Shown here piece after piece: positions 1 to 12,060 of a stretch of 64,000 nt of DNA (position 1 is its first letter; every line of letters begins with the position of its first letter). Under the pieces are notes generated by a model that was not told the DNA's origin, made no database searches, and was given only the letters and a program-made list of their open reading frames with translations. The DNA is from Batkoa obscura. Its lineage: Eukaryota. Location: assembly GCA_030770535.1 (NCBI GenBank), contig JASVEC010000026.1, positions 558,001 through 622,000 of the forward strand, read 5' to 3'. The position numbers were made by a program, and so were the translations under genes.

Positions 1-728
1 ATTTAACATTACTATCAACAAAAGGATTAATAAAGGCCCAGTTTTAATTTTTATATCAATCAAATCCTTACACATTAACAAAAAGAGAAATCCTTATGAA
101 CTTTTTGTTTTTAAATAGAAAACGTCCAATTTTATATATAGAGCATTATAAAACAATTTCATCCAGTTTTTCTGATTTCTTTTATGTTAATTTATTCACA
201 ACCATGATTTACTTTGGGAATTTTGAGCTCATCCTTAAATTTAACTACATAGTTTCATTATTGTGATAGAAATAATTTGTGTATCTTAAAAGTCCAGGAA
301 AATCCGCTGTGAGTGTTTTACATTCACTATCTTCTGCAAGATGGTAATCCCATTATTATATATAAAAGATCAAAACATTGCACTTTTGCCTTTGGTAATA
401 GAACCATCCAAATGAAGGTCAAAATTTTAATAACGCTTTTGTCTTTTTTATGCTTCTTTATAAGTCATTATTTCAATCGAGTTCTTAAAGAAAAAGGCCC
501 ATATACTTTGATTAAGACAATTACTTCTATATTGCAACAACTTAATAGAAGTAAATCATTTGTTGTTATAAAGTCAATTAAATAATCTATTGATTTACCT
601 AAACTCAATTGTCCAGGTTTGTTAAAGGTACACACCGTTTGTAATAAATTCAGTTTTAAAAAATATCTAATCTTTTTAATCTGATTTATGAAAATTTATA
701 CAAGAACAGTGTTTATTGGCCAATAATA

Positions 729-825
729 TGGGGATGTATTTTTGTGTTTAAGAATTTTACTAACAATTTTTCCACTCAAATAGTGCTTGAAAGATGGAAA
801 AAGTGATGAAACCAAAAACACCCCA
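729..825 (-). mobile_element. ~100-bp MITE family A, copy 1
   Basis: TA|TGGGGATGTATTTT...AAAACACCCCA|TA terminal inverted repeats; the same internal sequence recurs 17 times in the window. Confidence 0.85.
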
Positions 826-942
826 TATATTTAGTAGATTAGACATAGAGGAAGTAACTTTAAGAAAATCGAATTACTCATGCTTTTCCAATCCTATTTA
901 GCTTAAACAGCTGTTCATTAGAGTTCAGGTTAAAAAAAGATA

Positions 943-1043
943 TATAGATGTATTTTTTTGTTCAAGAATTTCACTAGCAGTTTTTCCACTTAAATAGCGC
1001 TTAAAAAATGGAAAAAGTAAGCAAACCAAGAAAAACACCCCCA
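943..1043 (-). mobile_element. MITE family A, copy 2
   Basis: Same internal sequence (ttaaatagcgcttaaaaaatggaaaaag); one TIR decayed. Confidence 0.8.
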
Positions 1044-1294
1044 TATTGCATTCAATAAAATGTAAAAATAAACTTTTTTTAAAAAAAATTTGATCTTAAT
1101 ACTTCAATTGTATTGAAATGCTTTTTATTAGCTCCTTTTTTCTCATTGTCATTTTTGTTGAGTTAATAAACATTTATTTATTTTGAAAAAAAATCAATGA
1201 AATTCTAAAAAATAATAAAGAACAAATATATTTATAGTTTCTCAAAATAACAATATGTTTAATCTAATCAAAATTTTAAAAAAATTTTAGACTA

Positions 1295-4136
1295 TTATTC
1301 TAGAAGGATGTTAGAAAGGCCTAAGGCATGAAGTATAGTAGCAGCTAAAATAACAGTTAAAAATAAAAGGCGAAGTCAGGAGAAAAAATTACCTTGTTCT
1401 TTTGCTTCTTCATCAGGATTTTCAAAAAATGTAGATTTGATTAGTTTTACTGGATTATTAACTAGTCTAGGTATAAAAAAATTACCAGCAGTTGCAATTT
1501 CCATCAATAGAATAATTTGACATGCATCTATATAATCAACTTGGTTTTTGAAGCACAACCTTGCATGTGCTTGAGCTAAACGAATCAATGCTTCTAAAAA
1601 TCTTACTGTGGTCCTAGATTTATCCTGCTCTTTCATTCTTACTAAATGATAATACTTAGTAAATATTAGATCTACTTCTTTACTGATTCTTGGCTGATAT
1701 TCATTTTGTACATAATTGATGTAATCCCTTAATTGCTCAATGTTAAACTCGGTGTTATTTTCATCGCTTTTAACTCCATCTAATTCTCTCATTAATATAT
1801 AATCGGCAATTTTACTATGTCTATTATTATCTATTGAATTAAATAAAATCATTTAAATATTACTCATCCCATTCTAAATCTTTATCATCTAATATTATCA
1901 AAATCATATCAAAACGTGATAACAATGGTCCCGCTAGTGCTAAATTTGTACTCAAACTTTGATTGGGATCATAATTCCCTTTTGGATTTGTTGCTGCTAA
2001 CACGGAGCATCTTGTACTTAATGTACATACTATGCCTATTATCAATTAGATTATATTTGATGTTTAACTTTAAATTATTTTACCTGCTTTGGCAATCGAT
2101 ATCCTTTGCTGTTCCATAGCTATAAAAATAGTTGAAAAAAATTCAGATACCTTAATGATTTCCAATTACCTTCATATACAGATGTTTTATCTTTTTCTTG
2201 AATACTATTAAACTCATCAATACAACATAACCCTCCGTCAGCTAACACCAATGCACCTGGCTCAAGTACAAACCCCCCTTTATCCTTTTGATTAATATTA
2301 GCCAAATGTAAAATATTTATGAAGCATCAAAGTTACTTTTGTTGCAGCAACAGTAAGTCCAACACTAAATAAATTAATGTTAGTCAATTTGTGATATTGT
2401 TACACAATGACTCACGAACTAGTTCCAATACCGGTGGTCAAAATTGATCTTTGAACTAATTTATTGGAAAACTTTAAAAATTGTGACTTTGCAGTACCAG
2501 GATCACCAACTAATAGTAAATGTGGCTCACCACGAACTTTATGCCCACTTTCGGATGATTTTGAAACACCACCAATAATAGTTAATAAGCAGCAAAGTTT
2601 AACTAAGTGCAAGCCATATACTTTTGGACAAAACGAATTTACAATTTTATCTCTTTTTATTCTGTTTAATAAATAACATTACTTATTATTTTGTTATTAC
2701 CTAGCTAAACTTGTTATTTTGAATTAAACTACAAAACAAATAAATTTAGTTTTAATTACCTAACAATGGTGTATCTTTATGAATTGACCAAAATTGAGTA
2801 AATGAATTTACAATAGTGTTATTAAAAATTGTCAGGTCACTTTTAATAATAACATTATTAACATGGAAGTACATTTCTACAATACATCGTTGCCCAGCGT
2901 TAACTTCTTTCCATCTTCTTCGTAGACATCCACTATATTTTTTACATTGTTTAATATCATTTTTATACAAATTTTAATTCAACATTTACATTATCTTTAC
3001 TTTATCACCACTTTTTACCTGATCAACTAGGTCATCTTCTAATATCGCCACTACTGTCTTTGGCATGTAAAAAAAGTTAAGGAATAAAAAAATTAACATA
3101 TCCTATTTGAATAAAAAAAAAAGGATATTGAACCGATAGATAAATTAGACATATTTTGTTGAATTTTGATCTCTTGATATTGTCTAAAGTGATGTCTATC
3201 TAATAAAGTATAATTTTACCAGTCAGATTAATTTGCATTATGCTGTTTACCATTAGTTTTAGTAATATTAAATCTGCTATTCAAACAGTTTGGTTTTTCG
3301 TCATTTAAACAAACAATTGGCGGTTTGATAGTAGAATGTTTATCCAGATTACTAGTTAAATTGAATATTCCTTTGCATTTAGTACACTCTGCAATTGCGG
3401 TATTGGTGATTATTTTGGTTTCCCCTGTCCTTTTAAAATATTATCACTATGATTTTTAATGGTTTTATGAATTACCTTAATATTGTCCCTTGGACTGATA
3501 TAAGTTTTCCAATATCCTCATTATTTGGCATCCCCGCTTTATTATATGCATTTATATTTGGCAAACTATAAATTGATTATTATGAAATAATAAATGTTTA
3601 GTTTAATTACTTATTCAATCTAATGTGCACATTTCTTTTATGTGATAATGGATCATCATGAGTACTGAAACTTAATAAGCTATATTGAAGGCTGTTTACT
3701 GCTTTTTCCATAATTGGTATTAATTTCAAAGGATAGTTTAAAATCAAATTCCCCAATTTACTATTATTTTGTACCAAATTTAACATACTAAGATTTATTA
3801 GAAAAATTTATCAGATTGGTGCTATTAGAAAGAACAAAGTTACTTTATCTCCAATGAGTAATGTTTATCCACTTCAAAATCTCTAAGTATATCTACTATT
3901 TTATACTTATAGTTCTTTTCTAGTTCATAAACAATTAAGTATTCCCATCCTATTTTAATATTAATTGATATTAATTGCACAGTAAGATCAATGTCCTAAC
4001 CTTCTTCAAACAGCATAGATTCCATTTTTTCTTCTCTGCTCAAAACACCGCTGTCAAAATCAAATTTATCATCCTCAATCTCTTGGATCTCTTCTGATAA
4101 GGTAAGACTTTTAGCTTGGAATTGGCTTGGTTCCAT
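1295..4136 (-). CDS. MCM9: DNA helicase MCM9 (multi-exon; includes one AT-AC intron and a probable 4-nt microexon)
   Basis: Spliced exons give [48 protein letters not shown] (Walker A), [29 protein letters not shown] (Walker B), LLSRFD (Arg finger) and [20 protein letters not shown]. These motif variants fit MCM9 best. Start ATG at 4136, stop TAA at 1295-1297. Confidence 0.85.
3067..3128 (-). other. U12-type (minor spliceosome) AT-AC intron within MCM9
   Basis: Minus strand: 5' site ATATCCTT at 3128, branch site TTCCTTAAC at 3084-3076, 3' end AC at 3067. Removal joins SIGS to MPKT in frame. Confidence 0.9.
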
Positions 4137-5159
4137 TTGAATGAAAAAAAATAAAAAATGAAAATGGAAAAAGTGTGATTTATAAATAATCATTATTTGC
4201 TTTTTTTGGATAATTACATCCTGAGAGCTGATTTGTCAAAAAGTTTCAATGTTTGTGCAAATTATTGTTCAAAAAGAATGCGTCATGATTAACCGTTGGA
4301 TAGGTACTAATTTTAAGCTATGCTAAATAAAATCGCTTGATTGAGTTTTTAATTCCTTTTTGCCCACTTTTAAAATACTTATAAGTTTCTCTTAATTAAA
4401 ACAAGATATTAAAGTTTCTTTACAAGTTTACTATATAAAAACAGTCATAGCTTTAAAGCAAATCTACACAATGAATATCCGATTAAAGCTAAATGATAAT
4501 AAGTTTAAGTATGGTCTTTCTTATATTGATTAATTCGAAAAACAATCAATAGCTATTGAAATAGATTAAATAAGAGCTGTAGATAACTACAATTTCTATA
4601 ATTTTATAAATTAATTTATGTTTTTTTGTCACAAATTTATAAAAATTTATTACTCTCATAGGTTAAAATAGTGCTAGTATTTTATTTGTCAAAGTGAGTA
4701 GAATATTCAATGTAATAAGGAAAGTCTTCATCTGCTATTATAAGTTAATTGTTACTCTAATTATATTGATGTTCTAAGCTACTAATTTAACCTTGTAATA
4801 ATTACCATTATATTGATCTTGTAACAGCTTATTTGGCCAATACAAATAAATTAGTTAGTGTTATTGTTATCTATATTATAGTACCGGCTTTCAATGCCCA
4901 ATTACAAAGTAACATATATCTTGTTGTATATTGTAATATGCCATATAACTCCTCAAACCTTTTAAAAGGACTTGAATTGGGTCATAATATATTCAAATGT
5001 TTAATAACTTACAAAAAAACAAGTGGCAATTAATTAAAAGTTATATTAATAGCTAAACTTACCAAATATAGTAAATATCAAAATAATTAAATAAATTGAT
5101 TTCGATATAAAAACATGGTTATTGAAATTTATTCTTTTATTTTTTTAATTAGTTTAATA

Positions 5160-5606
5160 ATGAAATTTTCTTCGATTTTAACTATTCTTGTCTTTGCCAC
5201 GACTGCTTCTACCTTCTCTGTTACTGAACTAATCTCCGAACTTGGTACAAGAGCCAACAACCCTGTAGAGCAGGGTAAAAATGGACCAACAGAAATTAAA
5301 CCTGAAGGAACCAATGGCTCATTTACCGATGATTTAATCAATAAAGGAAAAGAAAAGGTTAAAGGTGAAGCCCTTAAATATGCTAAAGACCAAGCTCTCA
5401 AGCCATCAGTTATCTTTGATAACTTCTATGCTGCTGCCGAACCTTTCTTATTTAAAGTAATTGAAAAGGCCGGAAAGGATCCTGATCTTAAAAAAGTAAT
5501 TGAAACTAGATTTAAGAAACTCCTTGACCACCTTGATGGCGTAGAATCACAACCAAAGAAGTCTAAAAGAGATGTGTTTATGTCTTATATTAATAAGCTC
5601 AATTAA
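5160..5606 (+). CDS. Small secreted protein of unknown function (~148 aa, intronless)
   Basis: Signal-peptide-like MKFSSILTILVFATTAST from the second ATG, followed by a Lys-rich helical body; no recognisable domain. Confidence 0.65.
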   Translation: MKFSSILTILVFATTASTFSVTELISELGTRANNPVEQGKNGPTEIKPEGTNGSFTDDLINKGKEKVKGEALKYAKDQALKPSVIFDNFYAAAEPFLFKVIEKAGKDPDLKKVIETRFKKLLDHLDGVESQPKKSKRDVFMSYINKLN

Positions 5607-5813
5607 ATAGTTATTTGATTTTTATGTCTATTTTATACAATTTAATAATCCGTTAGCTATGAACAAATAAACCAGTGTACTCTATAATTCTAATAAAATT
5701 TATATTTTAATTGTGTATAGAAAAAAATCTAAAGTAATATAAATTAATAGTATGTTTTCAGCAAAAAATGAAATTTGTTTATTAGAAATTTGACAAAAAC
5801 AAAGTGAAATCTC

Positions 5814-7352
5814 TTATTTCTTTTCAAGCCATTCACCAAATTGGTCTAATCTGGCCTTTTCTTCTTCGTCATCCATAGTCCTATTATCACTTCTTTGGTA
5901 TTTAGCTCCATCGTAAATAGAAGCTTCAATTCTTCTGCCACCAAAGAATCGATTGTTCATTAACTTAAATATAGGTAAATAAGTAAGCAATTAAATTTAT
6001 TAGTCTTACTTTAATACACGCATCCGCAGACAACACTTCTCTAAATCGAACAGTACAGGCTCCTTCTTCAGATTTCTAATTTAATTAGTATTGTAGTTCA
6101 TTATTATTCAATACTATGTTACATCATACAATATCACGTTAGTGACTTCCCCAATCTTAGAGCATTCTTCACGAATATCTTCTTTCAAATCTAAAATAAG
6201 CGCTGGATCATCCTTAAAATTAAAGTAAACTAAATGATGCTTTTATATCCTAGCTTACTTCTAATTCTTGAAGACTAAACATATGCTTTAGCAAAACTGT
6301 TTTTCGAAACTTCTCCCTATTGCTCTTCTCTTCTTTCTCATACCAATCTAATTTCCTTAATAATAATCAGTCATTTTTTTGATCTCTATTATAGCTTTAC
6401 TTACCTTTCCATATTTTGTCTGCGCTTTTTTAATATTTTTGGGTCGATCTTTTTTTTTTTGGCTTCATTATTATTATCCGTATGCTCTTTCTTCGAGAAA
6501 TCAGCCTAGTTTGAATTACATCAGTATCATTTTTATATTGCTATGTTCAGTTAATTACTTTTTGTACGTAAATAAGGTCGGGTTTAGGAGGTCTAAAAGG
6601 GGCTTCATCTAAAAGACTGGTGGCAAGTTGCACTGATTCTTCTTTAAAAAACGTTATAAGGGCATCTCCTTTACATTGTCCATTCTCATCTTTATATAAT
6701 TTTATTTTAGGCTTTCCTGAAAATTTATTATTACTAGATAGTTCCAATGAATTTATTTTTACCAGTAGCTAAATCTTCCATAAATAATCCACATTTCGAA
6801 AAAGTTTCTTTAAGCTCTTCAAAAGTAGCGTCAGGTGGCAATCCAGTAACATAAACTGAAGAATTGATTCTTTCTTTAGGTTTATTTTCCACATCATTAT
6901 TTTTCTTTTTATTCTACCTAATATTAAGTATATTTACATTTAAAGGTATTTAAGATACCTTAACTCCCTTTCGAACAGGAGACTTTTCTTCCTTATTAAT
7001 CTTGTTATCGTAAATACTCTTATTGCTCTACTATTTTATTTTTAAGTGGCTTACTTGTGGTTCATCGACATCATAAATCGACTGTTGGGCCAAAACTAAG
7101 TCTTGATCGAACTAAACAGGTAGGTTTGAGAAAATATAGATGAAGAATATAATAGTTTTGCCATACCATTGGAAACCAAGCACTTGCATTAGAATCAAAC
7201 TCATATTTCACTTGATCTTTTGGATCAATGTAGTACCAGTTATTCGTCATCTGATCCAATTTTACGTCAAAGCTATTTTCTTTCCCATTAGAATCAAAGT
7301 AAACTGCTTTGGGTGCTTGAGTTGCTGCATTTGTTTCATTAATCTGTTCCAT
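5814..7352 (-). CDS. CUS2: U2 snRNP-associated RRM/UHM splicing factor Cus2/Tat-SF1 (multi-exon)
   Basis: SSVYVTGLPPD, KPKIKLYKDENGQCKGDALITFFKEESVQLA, DLKEDIREECSKIGEVTNV, MNNRFFGGRRIEASIYDG, RLDQFGEWLE; GT-AG introns. Confidence 0.85.
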
Positions 7353-7829
7353 CTGCTAAAATTTGAATAAAAAAACTTATATGAAAAAATATGGCAGTTG
7401 TTATTTTATTTTGCAAATTTTGATTTAAAAACGCTCAAGAAACTGGACATTTATTATATCATAATATTATAGTATTAAACTAATACTATTCATTAAAATA
7501 ATTAAATTAGGTGTTTGTTTAGTTCCATTTATTATATAAATAATCTAGAATTAATAAAAGTATCAAAACATAAGATTTTATCTAACTATTAATCCACATA
7601 CAATATAATCAAAAAGGATTATAGATTTAATTTATACAGTTATTTATAATAATCTTTGATCATTATGATGGCTATTTATATTAAAGTGCTTTCAATTATC
7701 AATATAAAAACTACAAAACATAAATTACAAATAAATATTCGAATTGAAAATAACACAATATTTAAAATAAATTTAATAATAATAATGATCTATAAAATTT
7801 ATATTTAATTTATCCTCCTTGTTTAACCT

Positions 7830-8533
7830 TTACGAAATATCTATTTTTTGCCACCTTATCTATTTTTAGAATTTTATTAATAATTACAATATACTAAAAA
7901 TCACCTTTCTTATTATTTCTCTTTATCTTGTTATTTCTGGTTTCTTTTTTATTTGCTTCTTTATCTTCATTATCTTCCTTTTCTTCTTCTAATTTTATTA
8001 ATTTATCTATATAGTAAAATGCTTTTTACCTTGAGTTTCTTCGTTCTCTGCTAGCGAATGCTTTATAACTCTTTGAGCTGCTGGAATGTTTACTCTCGTG
8101 CTTGCTATTATCAAGTTAATAACTTTTAAATTTAATGTATATTGTATTATTACGTCCTCCTCTTCCTTGAAGTTCCTTGATTTTTTTAATGTATTCTCTT
8201 GATCTTGCCTAAATCTAGTCTTAAATTTATATTTTATTATCTTAAATAGTTTTACTAATTCTCTCAATATAGGATGATCTTTCATATCAATTCCTTTTAG
8301 CATCATATATGCTTCAAAAAAGTTAGTGGTATACTTTTCTATTTTTAAAAATTAAACTTACACCAAAGATTGTTGTTAATTGCATAACATAATAATACTT
8401 CAAGTTGACATTTATCTATTGTATCTAAATTGTTTACGTTTTCTGCGAACTCTGGATCTAATATCATGTTTACTGCTTTCTCAAACTCGTTGATATTGTT
8501 CTCTAATTCTTCGATTGCTCTTTCTGTGGACAT
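7830..8533 (-). CDS. C1D: Nuclear exosome cofactor C1D/Rrp47-like (multi-exon; 3' end uncertain)
   Basis: QLEVLLCYAINNNLW, YMMLKGIDMKDHPILREL, RVNIPAAQRVIKHSL match the Sas10/Utp3/C1D pattern. Confidence 0.75.
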
Positions 8534-9515
8534 TTTTTTGCTTTTCAAAAATAATGAAAGATTATATTTCTTAAATAGATTACTTTTATAAAATTGTTAA
8601 ATTTTGTTGATTGGTCAAATCAAGGATATTTTTCGCTTTCCTGCCAATTAACTTTCGAACGAAAATACTCAAATTGAGAGTCTTGAGAGCATTGTTACTC
8701 ACTGATTAAGAGGAAGATAATGTGGATGTTTGTTAGGTACAAGCTTTTTGTCACCAATTATTTTCATAAAAACAATCATTTAATTGCTATTTATTTTTCT
8801 CAAAGCGTAAATTAAAGCTCAAACAGTGGATAGTTTTTTGTTTGATTCACGTTTTAAACAATATTTTGCCCTTAAAGGCCTCTTATCTTATAAATGAAGC
8901 GCTATATTTCATGTAAAGCTATAATATCTTCACACCTTCATTTAAGATAGTTTGTTTAGTTTTAGTTACAAAGAGTGAAATTTAGGTTTTAGCTTCAATA
9001 AAAAAGTGAACATTTAGTCCAAAAAACCTGATTTATAAAGCAATTTATAAAGTAATATGGCATTTTTGACTTATATAAAAAATAGGCCATAGGCTACAAT
9101 GGTCATTCCGTTTTTTAAAATTTCTAATCAAGAATTATTTTTTGCCTAAAAGTTTTTAATTTTACTTCCACTATAAATAAAGTAATTAGTTCTATTTCAC
9201 AATCACCAATAGCATAATGTTATATACTTTTCATTGGTTCAAAATAGCTTTTCAAAAGATTAAAACTAGCATTATAGTGTAGAGCAGCGTTATTTGTTTG
9301 TTATAACTAATAAAGTTTTTTTGATTGGGATTTCTTTCTTTGATAATTAGGCTAAATTTTACAAAAAAGATTTTATAGTTGCAGTCAATTACTTATCCCA
9401 CTTGTACCACAAAAAAAACAGATTACTGCAAATTACCTTATAATTATAAAAAAAATACATTATTTTTTAAATTTTTGATTAAATTTTTTATTTTTTTTAA
9501 TAGTGAATAAACATA

Positions 9516-9616
9516 TGGGGGTATTCTTTTTGGCTTCATCACTTTTCCCATCTTTTAAGCGCTATTTGAGCGGAAAATTTGCTAGTAAAATTCTTAAACA
9601 CAAAAGCACATCCCCA
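9516..9616 (+). mobile_element. MITE family A, copy 3
   Basis: caTA|TGGGGGT...CATCCCCA|TAta; full length. Confidence 0.85.
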
Positions 9617-10590
9617 TATATAACTGAGGTATAGTTAATAAATTAAGTTTATTACATAAAATAGCTGTATTTAGTTTCTAATTTTTTTTAAAAATTTAAA
9701 GTTATATAAATTAATAAATTTATGCTAAAAAGCTTTAAATATTAAACAGAATAATTTGTAATAAATAAATAAATTTGCAGCTAAATGTTAAGTAAAAGCT
9801 TATTTTTAATTATATTTTGCAATTCTATTATAATTTAAATAATAATTTATTTAAAAACAAAACTTTATTAAAATTACACTATAATAAAAATTAAGCTTTA
9901 AAGTTGTTATAAATTAGGTTGTAGTAAAGTTACAAAAATATAATTAAAAACAAATGTTTGCTTAATATTTTATAACTTTTTAGCATAAATTTAATAATAC
10001 ATCATTTTTTTTAAGATCTAAGTTAATTTTTTAAAACTTTAAATTAGGTAAAAAATAAATAAAATGCTTAAAAAAAATATTTATAAATTTACATTATTTA
10101 TTTTTGCTTGAAATTTAAAATAAAAAAATAATTCTGAGAATTTTTATATTTTTTATATTTAATTGATACAAATATTTTTATAAATATAAAATATAAAAGT
10201 TATTAGTTATAACACCAGATAATCTTGCTTATAATTATGACTTTTTTAATTTTTGTTGATTTTTTTTAATACTAAAGTCGTTTATTTTTATTTTTATTTT
10301 TATTTATTAGTTATAAAAATATATCAAATTGCAAATCTAATTTATAAATTTAAACTTTTAAGATTTTTTAGTTGAATAATATAACTTAATTAATTTTTTA
10401 AATTTTAAATTTTTAATTAACTGTTTTATTATTATATATTATAATTTGTAATAATTAAAAAAGTAATTTAATATTTTAAATTTAACTAAAATTTTGCTAT
10501 CAATTTTTATTTTATCTTATAAAATTATTTTATTAAAAAAGTTAATATGACATTGTATTAGTACTCTTATATGATCATTATTACAACTAA

Positions 10591-10685
10591 TAAGGTTGTT
10601 TTTTTGGTTTCATCACTTTTTCCATTTTTTAGGTACTATTTGAGTGGGGAAATTGTTAGTAAAATCCTTAAACAAAAATACATCT
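10591..10685 (+). mobile_element. MITE family A, copy 4 (TIRs decayed)
   Basis: Internal sequence ttggtttcatcactttttccattttttaggtactatttgagtgg matches the family. Confidence 0.75.
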
Positions 10686-12060
10686 TTAATTTTTTGTTTA
10701 AAAACAAAAACTATTTTACAGCAGAAATGCTTTACTACTTCAATTCTATTCTACCACTTTAAATTCGCCTAAAAAAGTAAAAAAATTTGAAGCAACCTAA
10801 TAAAATAACCTTTACCCAAAATGTTTTAAAATAATAATTTGTTAAATCCTAAGCTCACAAATAGTTAAAGTAGATTTCTATTTATATTATAAATTATTTT
10901 GAATATTATAAATTGTGTAAAATTTAATAAAATGGCCGATTATTAAATAATATAATAGAGTAAATCAAAAATAATACATGCATATAAATATTATATTTAA
11001 AGATAGGGATTTAAGCATTAATTTTGTATATTTTATAGCTTTAAAGCTGTTTTAACATTTAACAAATTTTATTAAATATTTTTATGTAAATCATTGTCAT
11101 CATTTAATAGAATTAATTTATTTAAAACAATATTAATGATTTTAAAAAAATAAAACACTTTATTATAGCAATAGTATAAATAAATAATAACTAATAGTTA
11201 TAAAATATTCCGAATATTAATAGTTTTCATAATTATAAATGAATGGAAATTAAAATTTATATAAATTAATCTGTTTATTGAATTTATTAGCTTTGATGAT
11301 TCGCCATAAAACCGTTTTCTATCAATGTTAGAAATCATCCCTCAATAATTTGTAAGCTTTTACACTAAACTTATCAGTTCTGAAACTACTAAGCCCTATT
11401 TGTAGGTTATTGGGTGGAAGCTCAATTACTTATGACTAAAATAGAATCAAATGAATCTAAAATTAAATATAAAATTTCCATTTAATTCGATTGGTTCGGT
11501 TTTAACAGCACTTGAAATTGTCGTTGAATTGATCACTTCATTTTATTTCATATACTTTTTGTTAATAGTTAAGTTATTTTATAGATTATAATAAGTATCA
11601 TGTTCTTTATATATATTATGTTTAGTGTCTGTTGCTTCACCTCAAATTTTGACTTTTTTTTATCGCATTAAACATGTATCAAATCAGCCTAATAAATGCA
11701 TTAGAACTGTTTTATAATGAGTTATTCATTTTAAGTTTCTTAAACAACTGAATGACCAAATATAGAAAATAGCAAATGAACAGTCACCAATTCCTTACCT
11801 TAATTTAAAAATTAGATCATATTTGTCAAATAAGGTGGGTTGAATTTACATAAAATCATTTGACAAATCCTATTTGAATTGTTTAAAAATAAAGCATTGA
11901 CGGCTATTAAAATTATCTTTTTTATCATTTTTTTCTGCATCACTAGTCATTTATCTTTATATTAACATTGCCCTTTCCCTTTAAGTTTCAATCTATATTG
12001 CCCAATTCATCTATTTGATTTTCAACTGTATACAATCTAACAACAATCAGTTTATTAACA

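Noticed and set aside
313..585. 90-aa ORF near the window start
   Set aside because: GTG start, no recognisable domain, and it lies among repeat remnants.
6914..6958. CUS2 intron starting GTATCTT as a second U12-type intron
   Set aside because: The donor lacks the full GTATCCTT and there is no TCCTTAAC branch site; it is adequately explained as U2-type.
10571..10762. Similar short ORFs at 10571 and 47009 (LFPF..RYLSG.I.SKILK) suggesting a peptide family
   Set aside because: Both are chance translations of MITE family A copies.
11290..11390. TGATGA...CTGA as a C/D box snoRNA
   Set aside because: No convincing terminal stem or recognisable rRNA guide; such motifs are common by chance in AT-rich DNA.
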